Origin: Chlamydiales bacterium
GTDB taxonomy: Bacteria > Chlamydiota > Chlamydiia > Chlamydiales > SM23-39
Length of the DNA stretch: 32,000 bases
Direction: 5' to 3'
Assembly: GCA_965261025.1 (NCBI GenBank)
Contig: OZ253438.1
Span: 480,001-512,000 of the forward strand
Shown: positions 25,554-32,000 of the stretch, piece after piece
How positions within the stretch are numbered: position 1 is the first letter of the stretch
Layout: the number at the start of each line of letters is the position of its first letter
Program-made: the position numbers and the translations under genes
The notes under the pieces: generated by a model
The model's database searches: none
Told to the model about the DNA's origin: nothing
What the model saw: the letters and a program-made list of their open reading frames with translations, nothing else

Positions 25554-26646
25554 CGCAACAACTCTTCTGGACCCTTCGGTCAAAAAAGAGATGCTCTCCA
25601 TTCATTCCCCCTTAAACCCTTCTTCTTTTCATAGCCTAGGAAGAAGCTCTTTTGATCTCCTCCATAAGGCCCGTCTTTTTATAGCTTCTTTTCTTCAGGT
25701 GAAAAGTAAAGAAATTCTCTTTAATTCGGGAGCCACAGAGGGGTTAAATTTTTTAATACGAGGGTTTACTTCTATTTTCCCTAGTTTTCCTCTGATTAGT
25801 TCAACTATAGAGCATCCCGCTGTTTTACAAACTCTTATTGACTTACAAAACAAAGGGGCAACACTTTATCTTCTTCCTCCTTCTTCTTCAGGAAAGATAG
25901 ATACTTCTTCCGTCGAAGCTACGATAAAAAGTCCTTCTTTACTTGTTTTTTCAGCCGCTAACACAGAAACCGGAGTAAAAAATTGTTTAAGAGAGCTTTC
26001 TGATTTAGCACTAAGAACCAATTCCCCCTTGATTGTAGATGGGGTAGGACTGCTGGGAAAGGAATTTTTTTCTATAGAAAAAGGCATTGCTGCTATGGCT
26101 TTTTCTGCTCACAAATTCCATGGACCTTTGGGGGTAGGATTTACCTATCTTTGTGACAGATATACCCTGCCTCCCTTGATTACGGGAGGAGGACAGGAAA
26201 AGGGGTTTCGTTCTGGAACGGAAAATCTTCCGGGTATTTTAGCTATGGTAAAAGCCCTTTCTCTTGTAAAGTCCTCTCTTGCTTTCTTTTCTCAAAAAAT
26301 GAAGCTTTTAAGAGACCATTTCGAATCTCGTCTTACCAAAGAGTTAGAAGATGTTTTTATCAATGGAGAAGGCCCCCGACTCGTAAATACTTCTAATCTC
26401 TCTTTTATGGGGGTACACGGCGAAGATTTGCTTATTTTGCTCGATCAAAATCATATTTTGGCAAGTCATGGAACAGCTTGTACTTCAAAAAGCCTAGAGC
26501 CCTCCCCAGTTCTTCTCGAAATGAACTTACCTAGAAAGCGGGCTCTTTGCTCTATCCGCTTTTCTTTCAGCCGTTTTAACACTTTAAAAGAAGTAAACCG
26601 GGTTTGTGACGTTTTAAAAAACCTGGTGCCTCAGCTCAAAAAATAA
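25519..26646 (+). CDS. Cysteine desulfurase (NifS/IscS-like, class V aminotransferase)
   Basis: 375 aa. N-terminal IYLDNNATTLLDP, PLP-lysine motif FSAHKFHGPLGVG and active-site Cys region SHGTACTS. Overlaps the PP2C gene by 35 nt. Confidence 0.88.
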   Translation: MEKKTFIYLDNNATTLLDPSVKKEMLSIHSPLNPSSFHSLGRSSFDLLHKARLFIASFLQVKSKEILFNSGATEGLNFLIRGFTSIFPSFPLISSTIEHPAVLQTLIDLQNKGATLYLLPPSSSGKIDTSSVEATIKSPSLLVFSAANTETGVKNCLRELSDLALRTNSPLIVDGVGLLGKEFFSIEKGIAAMAFSAHKFHGPLGVGFTYLCDRYTLPPLITGGGQEKGFRSGTENLPGILAMVKALSLVKSSLAFFSQKMKLLRDHFESRLTKELEDVFINGEGPRLVNTSNLSFMGVHGEDLLILLDQNHILASHGTACTSKSLEPSPVLLEMNLPRKRALCSIRFSFSRFNTLKEVNRVCDVLKNLVPQLKK

Positions 26647-26654
26647 TTCTTGAA

Positions 26655-27869
26655 CTATAAATTCTTAGTGGTCACTAAGAGTTTTTTTGCTCCCAAAAGG
26701 CCTGCTTTTGTCACCTCAAACTCAAAAATATCCTCTTTTACTCTTTCTCCTTTTGCAGGGATATGACCTAGTCTTTTCTGCATAAGATCTGCTAGAGTCT
26801 CCTCTTCTTTTCCTTCTATTTCTGCCTGAAATTTCTGATTAAATTCTTTTATCTTCATACTGGCAGATAAAGTTCTCTCTATATGGGTTTTTCGAGGGCT
26901 ATCTAGGGAAAAAAGAGCTTCTGTTTTTCCAAAAAGGGCTTCTATTACTTTTTCAAGAGAAAGAATCCCAAAAGCCTTTCCCTCTTCATCTAAAACAATA
27001 GCTACTGTCTGATTATTTTTCCTAAACTGCTGTAAAATAGAGATAATAGAATCCTTCTTCGTAACAAACCAAGGAGCTTTTCCTATTTCTGCAACTTTTT
27101 GCTCTTTTTTCGCCCCTAAAAGATCCCTTAAAACAACCATAGAGACAATATTTTCCTTTTCATAATGGTAGATGGGAACAAAGGGGCTGTATTGATTTTT
27201 TAGCTTCTCGACTAAATCTTTTACACTTGTCTGGGAAGAAACTAAAAGCTCCTTTTTCAGAGGAGATACAAAGGTTTCCGCTCTTTGTTCTTTCATGTTG
27301 AAAAAAAGAGAAAGAGAGCGCTCTAAAGAAGATATATCTCCCACATTTTCTTCAAAAGCCCTTTGGATCTCTTCCCTAGAAAGAAAAAGAGGTATTTCCT
27401 TTTTTTTCGGAAGCATTTTATGAATGGCTTTATTCAAAGATTCTACCAAAAAGATAATGGGTCTTAAAAGAACTGAGACAAAATAAACCACTGGGATATA
27501 AAGCATAGCTACTTGCTCAGAGTGTCTTCTTGCTGCAAACATAGGCGCCAGTTCTGCAAAAATCACTACCAAGATAATCTGGGTAATGGGAGCAAAATCA
27601 GGATTAAGCCCCAAAGACTCGTAAAGCCTTCTAGAAAGCTCTGAACCCATCTGCAAGAAGGTATTTACACAAATCAAAGTAGTCCCAAATAAGATAGAAG
27701 GATGATCTAATAAGTAACGTATCCACTGGGCTCTTTTATTCTTTTTCTCTACATAATGATTTAAGCGAACCCGATTAAAAGAGACACAGGCCATCTCAAA
27801 CATAGAAAAAAACCCCTGAAAAAAAATACAGAGGAAAGTAAATCCCAAAAAACTTTTCCAGGAAAACAC
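26655..27869 (-). CDS. CNNM/TlyC-family protein (DUF21 + CBS pair + CorC_HlyC), paralogue 2
   Basis: 404 aa with a GTG start directly abutting the upstream gene's TAG. N-terminal 4-TM DUF21-like region, a CBS pair (VVLRDLLG..., VAIVLDEEGKAFGILSLEKVIEALFG) and a C-terminal CorC/HlyC-type domain (LADLMQKRLGHIPAKGERV...FEFEV). Confidence 0.82.
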   Translation of the reverse strand: MFSWKSFLGFTFLCIFFQGFFSMFEMACVSFNRVRLNHYVEKKNKRAQWIRYLLDHPSILFGTTLICVNTFLQMGSELSRRLYESLGLNPDFAPITQIILVVIFAELAPMFAARRHSEQVAMLYIPVVYFVSVLLRPIIFLVESLNKAIHKMLPKKKEIPLFLSREEIQRAFEENVGDISSLERSLSLFFNMKEQRAETFVSPLKKELLVSSQTSVKDLVEKLKNQYSPFVPIYHYEKENIVSMVVLRDLLGAKKEQKVAEIGKAPWFVTKKDSIISILQQFRKNNQTVAIVLDEEGKAFGILSLEKVIEALFGKTEALFSLDSPRKTHIERTLSASMKIKEFNQKFQAEIEGKEEETLADLMQKRLGHIPAKGERVKEDIFEFEVTKAGLLGAKKLLVTTKNL

Positions 27870-29126
27870 CTAGTTCTTCTCCTTATCTTTAGGAGGTAAA
27901 TGCCTTATATATACCCTAGTAATACGGTTTGGTTCTGCAGCCAGGATATAAAATAAAAAAAGGTCATTTACATATCTTGTTCCTGCTTTGGGAATATTGC
28001 CTAACTGCTCTATTAACCACCCCCCTATGGTTACGCAAGAAGTTTTGTTCTCTAAAGAAATGTGAAAGATATCTTCTAACTCTGCCAGCTCCAGCTTTCC
28101 ACTGGCTATTAATACGTCTTCTTCACTTCTAGTATACTTTTTTTCAAAATCTCTTTGATCCTCTATTTCTCCAATGACTGCTTCAACTAAATCTTCTTGA
28201 GTAATAAGCCCTGTAATAGATCCATATTCATTTACAACAAGAGCAAGACTTTCTTGCTTTTCTCTAAGATCTTGAAAAAGACTCCAAGCAGAAATAGTCT
28301 CAGGTACATAGAAGGGTTTCTTTACAATTTTGCGCAGATCCCTAGCGCTTTTTATAGAAGTCTTTGAAAAGAGGTAACGCCTAATAGAAATAATCCCTAT
28401 AACCTTTTCGAGATCTCCTTCACAAATAGGAACTCTAGAGCATTTTTTATGAATTAAAAGCTCTTCCAATTTTTCTACAGGCTCTTCCCAATTATAGTAT
28501 AGAATTTCTTCTTTAGGTCTCATATGCTCCTTCACATAAGCATGCCGAAGATCTAGATAGCCTTGGATCAGCTCTACTTCTTCTTTTTCTAAAATCCCTT
28601 TTGTTTCTGATTCTTTTAATACCCCTTCTAATTCTTCTAGAGTAAGTTCTGTTTCTTTCCGAAGGAAAAAAAAGAAAAAACGAGAAATATAGTTGGTAAG
28701 CTGAGTTAAAAAATAGCGAACAGGTCCTAAAATTCTGGCTATCTTCGCAATAAAAGAAGCAGCGATGGTAGCAAAAGCTGCATTGTTTGGTAGCGCCAAG
28801 GATTTAGGAATAATCTCCCCAAAAACAAGAGTTAAGGAAAGAGGAAGGATTACTTTAAAAAGCCAGCTAGCCCTTTCTTGAAAAAGAGTAGAAATCACAT
28901 TTTGTACCAAAATATTTGCCCCTATATTGAGCATCATAATGGTTACCAAAAGTCCCCTTGGATTCTGAAGAAGCTGAAATACCAGCCTTTTCTTAGGGTC
29001 TTTGCTCTGACGATAACTACGAAAGGTAAAGGAGGGAAGAGAAAAAAAAGCCGTCTCCGTACCCGATAAAAACCCTGAAAAAAGAATAAATAAAACCAAA
29101 AGGAAAATTAAAAGGATCTGTTCCAT
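27870..29126 (-). CDS. CNNM/TlyC-family protein (DUF21 + CBS pair + CorC_HlyC), paralogue 1
   Basis: 418 aa. DUF21 hallmark FSGFLSGTETAFFSL, CBS pair (RVPICEGDLEKVIGIISIRRYL, LALVVNEYGSITGLITQEDLVEAVIGEIEDQ) and CorC/HlyC domain (IGGWLIEQLGNIPKAGTRYV...ITRVYI). Confidence 0.85.
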   Translation of the reverse strand: MEQILLIFLLVLFILFSGFLSGTETAFFSLPSFTFRSYRQSKDPKKRLVFQLLQNPRGLLVTIMMLNIGANILVQNVISTLFQERASWLFKVILPLSLTLVFGEIIPKSLALPNNAAFATIAASFIAKIARILGPVRYFLTQLTNYISRFFFFFLRKETELTLEELEGVLKESETKGILEKEEVELIQGYLDLRHAYVKEHMRPKEEILYYNWEEPVEKLEELLIHKKCSRVPICEGDLEKVIGIISIRRYLFSKTSIKSARDLRKIVKKPFYVPETISAWSLFQDLREKQESLALVVNEYGSITGLITQEDLVEAVIGEIEDQRDFEKKYTRSEEDVLIASGKLELAELEDIFHISLENKTSCVTIGGWLIEQLGNIPKAGTRYVNDLFLFYILAAEPNRITRVYIRHLPPKDKEKN

Positions 29127-29153
29127 TTCTACCTTGCATAAATCTTGAGAGAA

Positions 29154-29462
29154 CTAGCTTTTTTCCCTGGTAAAATAGATCTTTATTTGCCCTTTGGGAA
29201 CCAATCCTAATTTTTTCATTAAAACTAACTCGATCCAATCAGGATCCGATTCAGAATCAATACGATGAAGAAGATCTTCTCTCTCCTCTAAAAGGACTTT
29301 CTCTTCTTTTTCTAGAAAGAAAAGCTTTTTCTCTAAAAAGGCAATCTCTTCTTTCTTCTTCTCCATGGCTTTATGATAACTAAAAACACATAGAACAATA
29401 AATAAGAGAAAGAAATAAGATTTCTTTAATTCAAAGAAAATAGATTTTTTCTTCTTTTTCAT
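29154..29462 (-). CDS. FtsB/DivIC-like septum-formation initiator (bitopic coiled-coil protein)
   Basis: 102 aa. Lys-rich N-terminus, a single TM segment (YFFLLFIVLCVFSY) and a coiled coil (EEIAFLEKKLFFLEKEEKVLLEEREDLLHRI). The terminal DPDWIELVLMKKLGLVPKGQIKIYF fits the DivIC-family D-x2-[YW]-[IV]-E...LG-x3-G-[EQ] pattern. Confidence 0.6.
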   Translation of the reverse strand: MKKKKKSIFFELKKSYFFLLFIVLCVFSYHKAMEKKKEEIAFLEKKLFFLEKEEKVLLEEREDLLHRIDSESDPDWIELVLMKKLGLVPKGQIKIYFTREKS

Positions 29463-29527
29463 AATTAAAAACTAAATTAACTCTCAATTTTTCTTATTTA
29501 TTAGAAACCTATTTTTTTCTAGAAGAA

Positions 29528-30091
29528 TTATACTCTAGGTAAAACAATTTCCTCTTGCTTCATATACTTTCCCTTCCTGTCTGCATAGGAAACTTTACAG
29601 TTTTTATCAGAATGACAAAAAAGGGCCTGACACAACCCTTCTCCCGCGTAAATTATAGCAGGAAGGGGGGTTGTATTAGAAATCTCCAAGGTAACAAACC
29701 CCTCCCATTCTGGTTCAAAAGGAGTAACATTTACGATAATCCCGCATCTTGCGTAGGTGGATTTCCCAACGCATAGAGTTAAAATATTCCGAGGAATCCG
29801 CAAATATTCAAGGCTTCTTGCTAGGGCAAAAGAGTTAGGAGGAATAATGCATGTATCTGCTTCTATATCAACAAAGGTTTCCTTTTGAAATTTTTTTGGA
29901 TCGACTAGGGAGTGATTCAAATTAGTAAAGACTTTGAACTTATTTGCTACTCTTAAATCATAGCCGTAACTGGAGAGACCGTAGCTGATAATTTTTTTTC
30001 CCTCCTTTTCTTTTACCTGATAAGGAAAAAAAGGCTCTATCATACCCTCTTCTTCTGCTAGTTTTTGAATGGATTCATCGCATAACAACAT
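29528..30091 (-). CDS. dcd: dCTP deaminase
   Basis: 187 aa. [11 protein letters not shown]..., [42 protein letters not shown] and GEGLCQALF match the Dcd/dUTPase-fold family. Confidence 0.92.
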   Translation of the reverse strand: MLLCDESIQKLAEEEGMIEPFFPYQVKEKEGKKIISYGLSSYGYDLRVANKFKVFTNLNHSLVDPKKFQKETFVDIEADTCIIPPNSFALARSLEYLRIPRNILTLCVGKSTYARCGIIVNVTPFEPEWEGFVTLEISNTTPLPAIIYAGEGLCQALFCHSDKNCKVSYADRKGKYMKQEEIVLPRV

Positions 30092-30242
30092 AGTAAACTA
30101 CTCCCGCATATCTTATAGAAAAAGGGCTAACCCCTCTAGGGAAGAGCCTAATGCAAAAAATAAAAAAAAGCCAAAAAAATAGAGAAAATCTTTGGAAAAA
30201 ATCATAAAGTCCTTAAATTGATAATCGTTTAGTAGAGTAGCT

Positions 30243-31262
30243 ATGCAAGATCCTTTTTCTCCTTCTGAAGAACAACCTGCTTTTGAGTCTCCTTTGCGCC
30301 CTTCTTCTTTAGAAGAGTTTGTGGGACAAGGCAAAGTTACCTCGAGGCTAAAAATTTTAATTCAAGCTGCCAAAAAAAGAGGAGAAGCCTTAGGACATAC
30401 CCTTTTCTGTGGTCCTCCTGGTCTTGGAAAAACTACTTTGGCGCAAATTGTAGCCAAATCTTTACAAGCAAATTTGGTAACTACTTCAGGGCCTGCTGTA
30501 GAAAAGCCAGGAGACCTGGCGGGTCTTTTAACGAATCTCCAAGAAAATGATATACTTTTCATTGATGAGATCCATCGTTTGAATATTGCCTTAGAGGAAT
30601 ATCTCTATTCTGCTATGGAGGACTTTAGTATCGATTTAATGATTGATTCTGGACCCAATGCTAGAACTGTCCCCATCAAAATACCTCCTTTTACCTTAAT
30701 AGGAGCTACTACAAGAGTTGGCCTTTTAAGTAGCCCTCTTAGAACTAGATTTCAAAATGTCCTCAGGCTGGATTTTTACGAACCTTATGAACTAAAAAGG
30801 ATTATCCTGCGCTCTTCTTCTCTCTTACGATTTGCTATAGATGAGCCCTGTTCTTTAGAGATAGCTAAAAGAGCGCGCGGAACTCCTCGTATTGCAAACA
30901 ACCTTCTAAGGTGGGTTCGAGACTATTCTCAGATTCATTTTGAGGGACGAGTAGAACTTTCTTGTGTCCAAGAGGCTCTTTCGATGTTAATGATCGATGA
31001 ACTAGGTCTCGATGAGATGGACAAAAAAATCTTAGCTGTTATTATAGACCATCATGAGGGAGGTCCAGTAGGAGTTAACACTATAGCTGCTGCAATTGGG
31101 GAAGATAAGAATACGGTTGCAGATGTTTACGAGCCTTATTTGATTATGCAAGGGCTTTTGAAAAGAACTCCCAGAGGTCGTCTAGCTACAGCTCATGCTT
31201 ACAAACACTTAAACCGTGCTTACCCTAAAAACGTTACGGAGTCTCACTATGAGAATATATAA
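30243..31262 (+). CDS. ruvB: Holliday junction branch-migration ATPase RuvB
   Basis: 339 aa. LRPSSLEEFVGQ, Walker A GPPGLGKTTLA, Walker B ILFIDEIHRL, the GATTRVGLLSSPLRTRF sensor region and the C-terminal winged helix (GGPVGVNTIAAAIGE...YEPYLIMQGLLKRTPRGR). Confidence 0.95.
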   Translation: MQDPFSPSEEQPAFESPLRPSSLEEFVGQGKVTSRLKILIQAAKKRGEALGHTLFCGPPGLGKTTLAQIVAKSLQANLVTTSGPAVEKPGDLAGLLTNLQENDILFIDEIHRLNIALEEYLYSAMEDFSIDLMIDSGPNARTVPIKIPPFTLIGATTRVGLLSSPLRTRFQNVLRLDFYEPYELKRIILRSSSLLRFAIDEPCSLEIAKRARGTPRIANNLLRWVRDYSQIHFEGRVELSCVQEALSMLMIDELGLDEMDKKILAVIIDHHEGGPVGVNTIAAAIGEDKNTVADVYEPYLIMQGLLKRTPRGRLATAHAYKHLNRAYPKNVTESHYENI

Positions 31263-32000
31263 GTATCTATTTATTTTTGCTATTTTGACTTCTTCCTTAA
31301 AGGCAGATTCAATTATGCAAAGTGTCTACGAACCAAAAAGCCCTGAAAAAATTAGGGTGCTTATTGGCCGGGAGGTTTCAGAAGCCTTGGTAGAGGTAAC
31401 GGGACCTTATTATGTTTATAATCCCCACCATAATTCCAAAATAGCATCCGGTCTTTTGGGAAAAAGATTTTTAGCTCATGCGGGTCTTAAAGGAGTAAAA
31501 TGGGGAGAAGAGTTCTTGGATATCCACCAAATTTACATCTCTCCCAGATCAGAGGAGACTTCTTTACTTGTTAATGGAATTCAATATGAAGGATCTATTG
31601 CTATCTACACAGTAGGTAACAAAATCAATATTGTAAACCACCTAGATATAGAGCAATATGTGAAAGCGGTCCTTACTCCTCAATTTCTTTATCCTCTAGA
31701 AAATGAGGTAATGTCTGCTTTGGCTATCTTAGCAAGGACCGATGCTTATTTCCAGGTGATGAAAAACCAAAAGGCTCATTGGCATGCAGAGGCAAAAGAG
31801 TCGGGATATAAAGGGTGTGCTTTAGCCACTCCAGGCAGTTTCATTGAGAAGGTAGTGGACTCTACAAAGCATCTCATTTTAGCGCAGTCCTATCAGGGAA
31901 AAAATATTCCTTTTCCTGCTAAGTGGTCTCAGCATAGTGGGGGAAAAACAGTTTCTTATACTACTATGTTTCGGAAAAAAGAAGCTCTTTTACATGACAA
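31249..32000 (+). CDS. SpoIID/LytB-domain protein (peptidoglycan glycan-strand remodelling), N-terminal part; 3' end outside window
   Basis: This ORF is absent from the ORF track because no stop occurs before the window edge. ATG at 31249 with GGAG 7 nt upstream; it overlaps the ruvB end by 14 nt. I translated it by hand: signal peptide MRIYKYLFIFAILTSSLKA, then YEGSIAIYTVGNKINIVNHLDIEQYVKAVL...ENEVMSALAILARTDAY, which matches the SpoIID core (N-x-L-x-L/I-E-x-Y ... ARTYA-like). Confidence 0.78.
   Translation, partial: MRIYKYLFIFAILTSSLKADSIMQSVYEPKSPEKIRVLIGREVSEALVEVTGPYYVYNPHHNSKIASGLLGKRFLAHAGLKGVKWGEEFLDIHQIYISPRSEETSLLVNGIQYEGSIAIYTVGNKINIVNHLDIEQYVKAVLTPQFLYPLENEVMSALAILARTDAYFQVMKNQKAHWHAEAKESGYKGCALATPGSFIEKVVDSTKHLILAQSYQGKNIPFPAKWSQHSGGKTVSYTTMFRKKEALLHD

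Noticed and set aside
2269-30562. About 25 ORFs of 60-130 aa in the supplied track lie antisense to or out of frame with long motif-bearing genes. Examples: 2269..2538, 3145..3393, 4233..4418, 4599..4871, 6427..6615, 6774..7019, 7016..7204, 9291..9479, 14612..14902, 14622..14906, 14852..15046, 18418..18654, 22154..22336, 22540..22734, 24742..24978, 24785..25072, 25866..26087, 27929..28132, 28878..29069, 29017..29238, 29555..29776, 30113..30334, 30362..30562.
   Set aside because: Each is fully or mostly nested in a gene with clear family motifs. Their translations are low-complexity (F/K/S/L-rich), without SD sequences or recognisable motifs. They are shadow ORFs of the kind expected in an AT-rich genome with biased codon usage.
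1-32000. Screen for CRISPR arrays, IS elements/transposases, integrases, phage genes, toxin-antitoxin pairs, rRNA and tRNA
   Set aside because: I saw no regularly spaced direct repeats, no terminal inverted repeats flanking any ORF, and no recombinase or transposase motifs in any frame. No intergenic space is long enough for a structured RNA gene with cloverleaf complementarity; the largest gaps are 264, 226 and 197 nt.

Overview
Gene-dense, AT-rich chromosomal segment: 31 CDS by my calls and roughly 94% coding. I found no rRNA, tRNA, CRISPR array, transposase or integrase. Gene content and local gene order point to a member of the phylum Chlamydiota, probably a chlamydia-like lineage outside Chlamydiaceae. 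Supporting pairs and blocks are dcd/ruvB, yidC-dnaA, PP2C-NifS-like-two CNNM/TlyC genes, sucA-sucB, a CesT/Slc1-type type III secretion chaperone, a SpoIID homologue and an FtsB-like gene. Recognisable housekeeping genes are lpxD (3' part), a 2Fe-2S ferredoxin, a DUF1858-IscA fusion, sucB, sucA, a CaCA antiporter, menB-menA-menC-menE (classical menaquinone route), yidC, dnaA, a CPBP protease, a PP2C phosphatase, a cysteine desulfurase, two tandem CNNM/TlyC proteins, dcd, ruvB and spoIID (5' part). Two regions are not explained by housekeeping functions. (1) nt 585-3156 is a three-gene orphan islet: a protein with a C-terminal bilobed (Inc-like) hydrophobic domain, a small Sec-secreted Cys-containing protein, and a protein with an N-terminal bilobed hydrophobic domain fused to an HD-phosphohydrolase-like domain. 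(2) nt 7769-11578 holds an internally duplicated orphan protein, a signal-peptide + TPR + C-terminal beta-barrel outer-membrane protein with the architecture of an export porin, and a convergent, overlapping operon of a CheY-like receiver plus a GT4 glycosyltransferase. I rank region 2 as the best candidate for an undescribed envelope glycan or surface-export module. Other points of interest: the DnaA copy keeps its P-loop and DNA-binding signature but lacks the canonical Walker B DD, arginine finger and sensor-II arginine. menC/menE overlap by 100 nt. A 671-aa protein consists of about 14 repeats of a ~41-residue helical unit. All functional calls rest on motif recognition by eye; no database search was possible.
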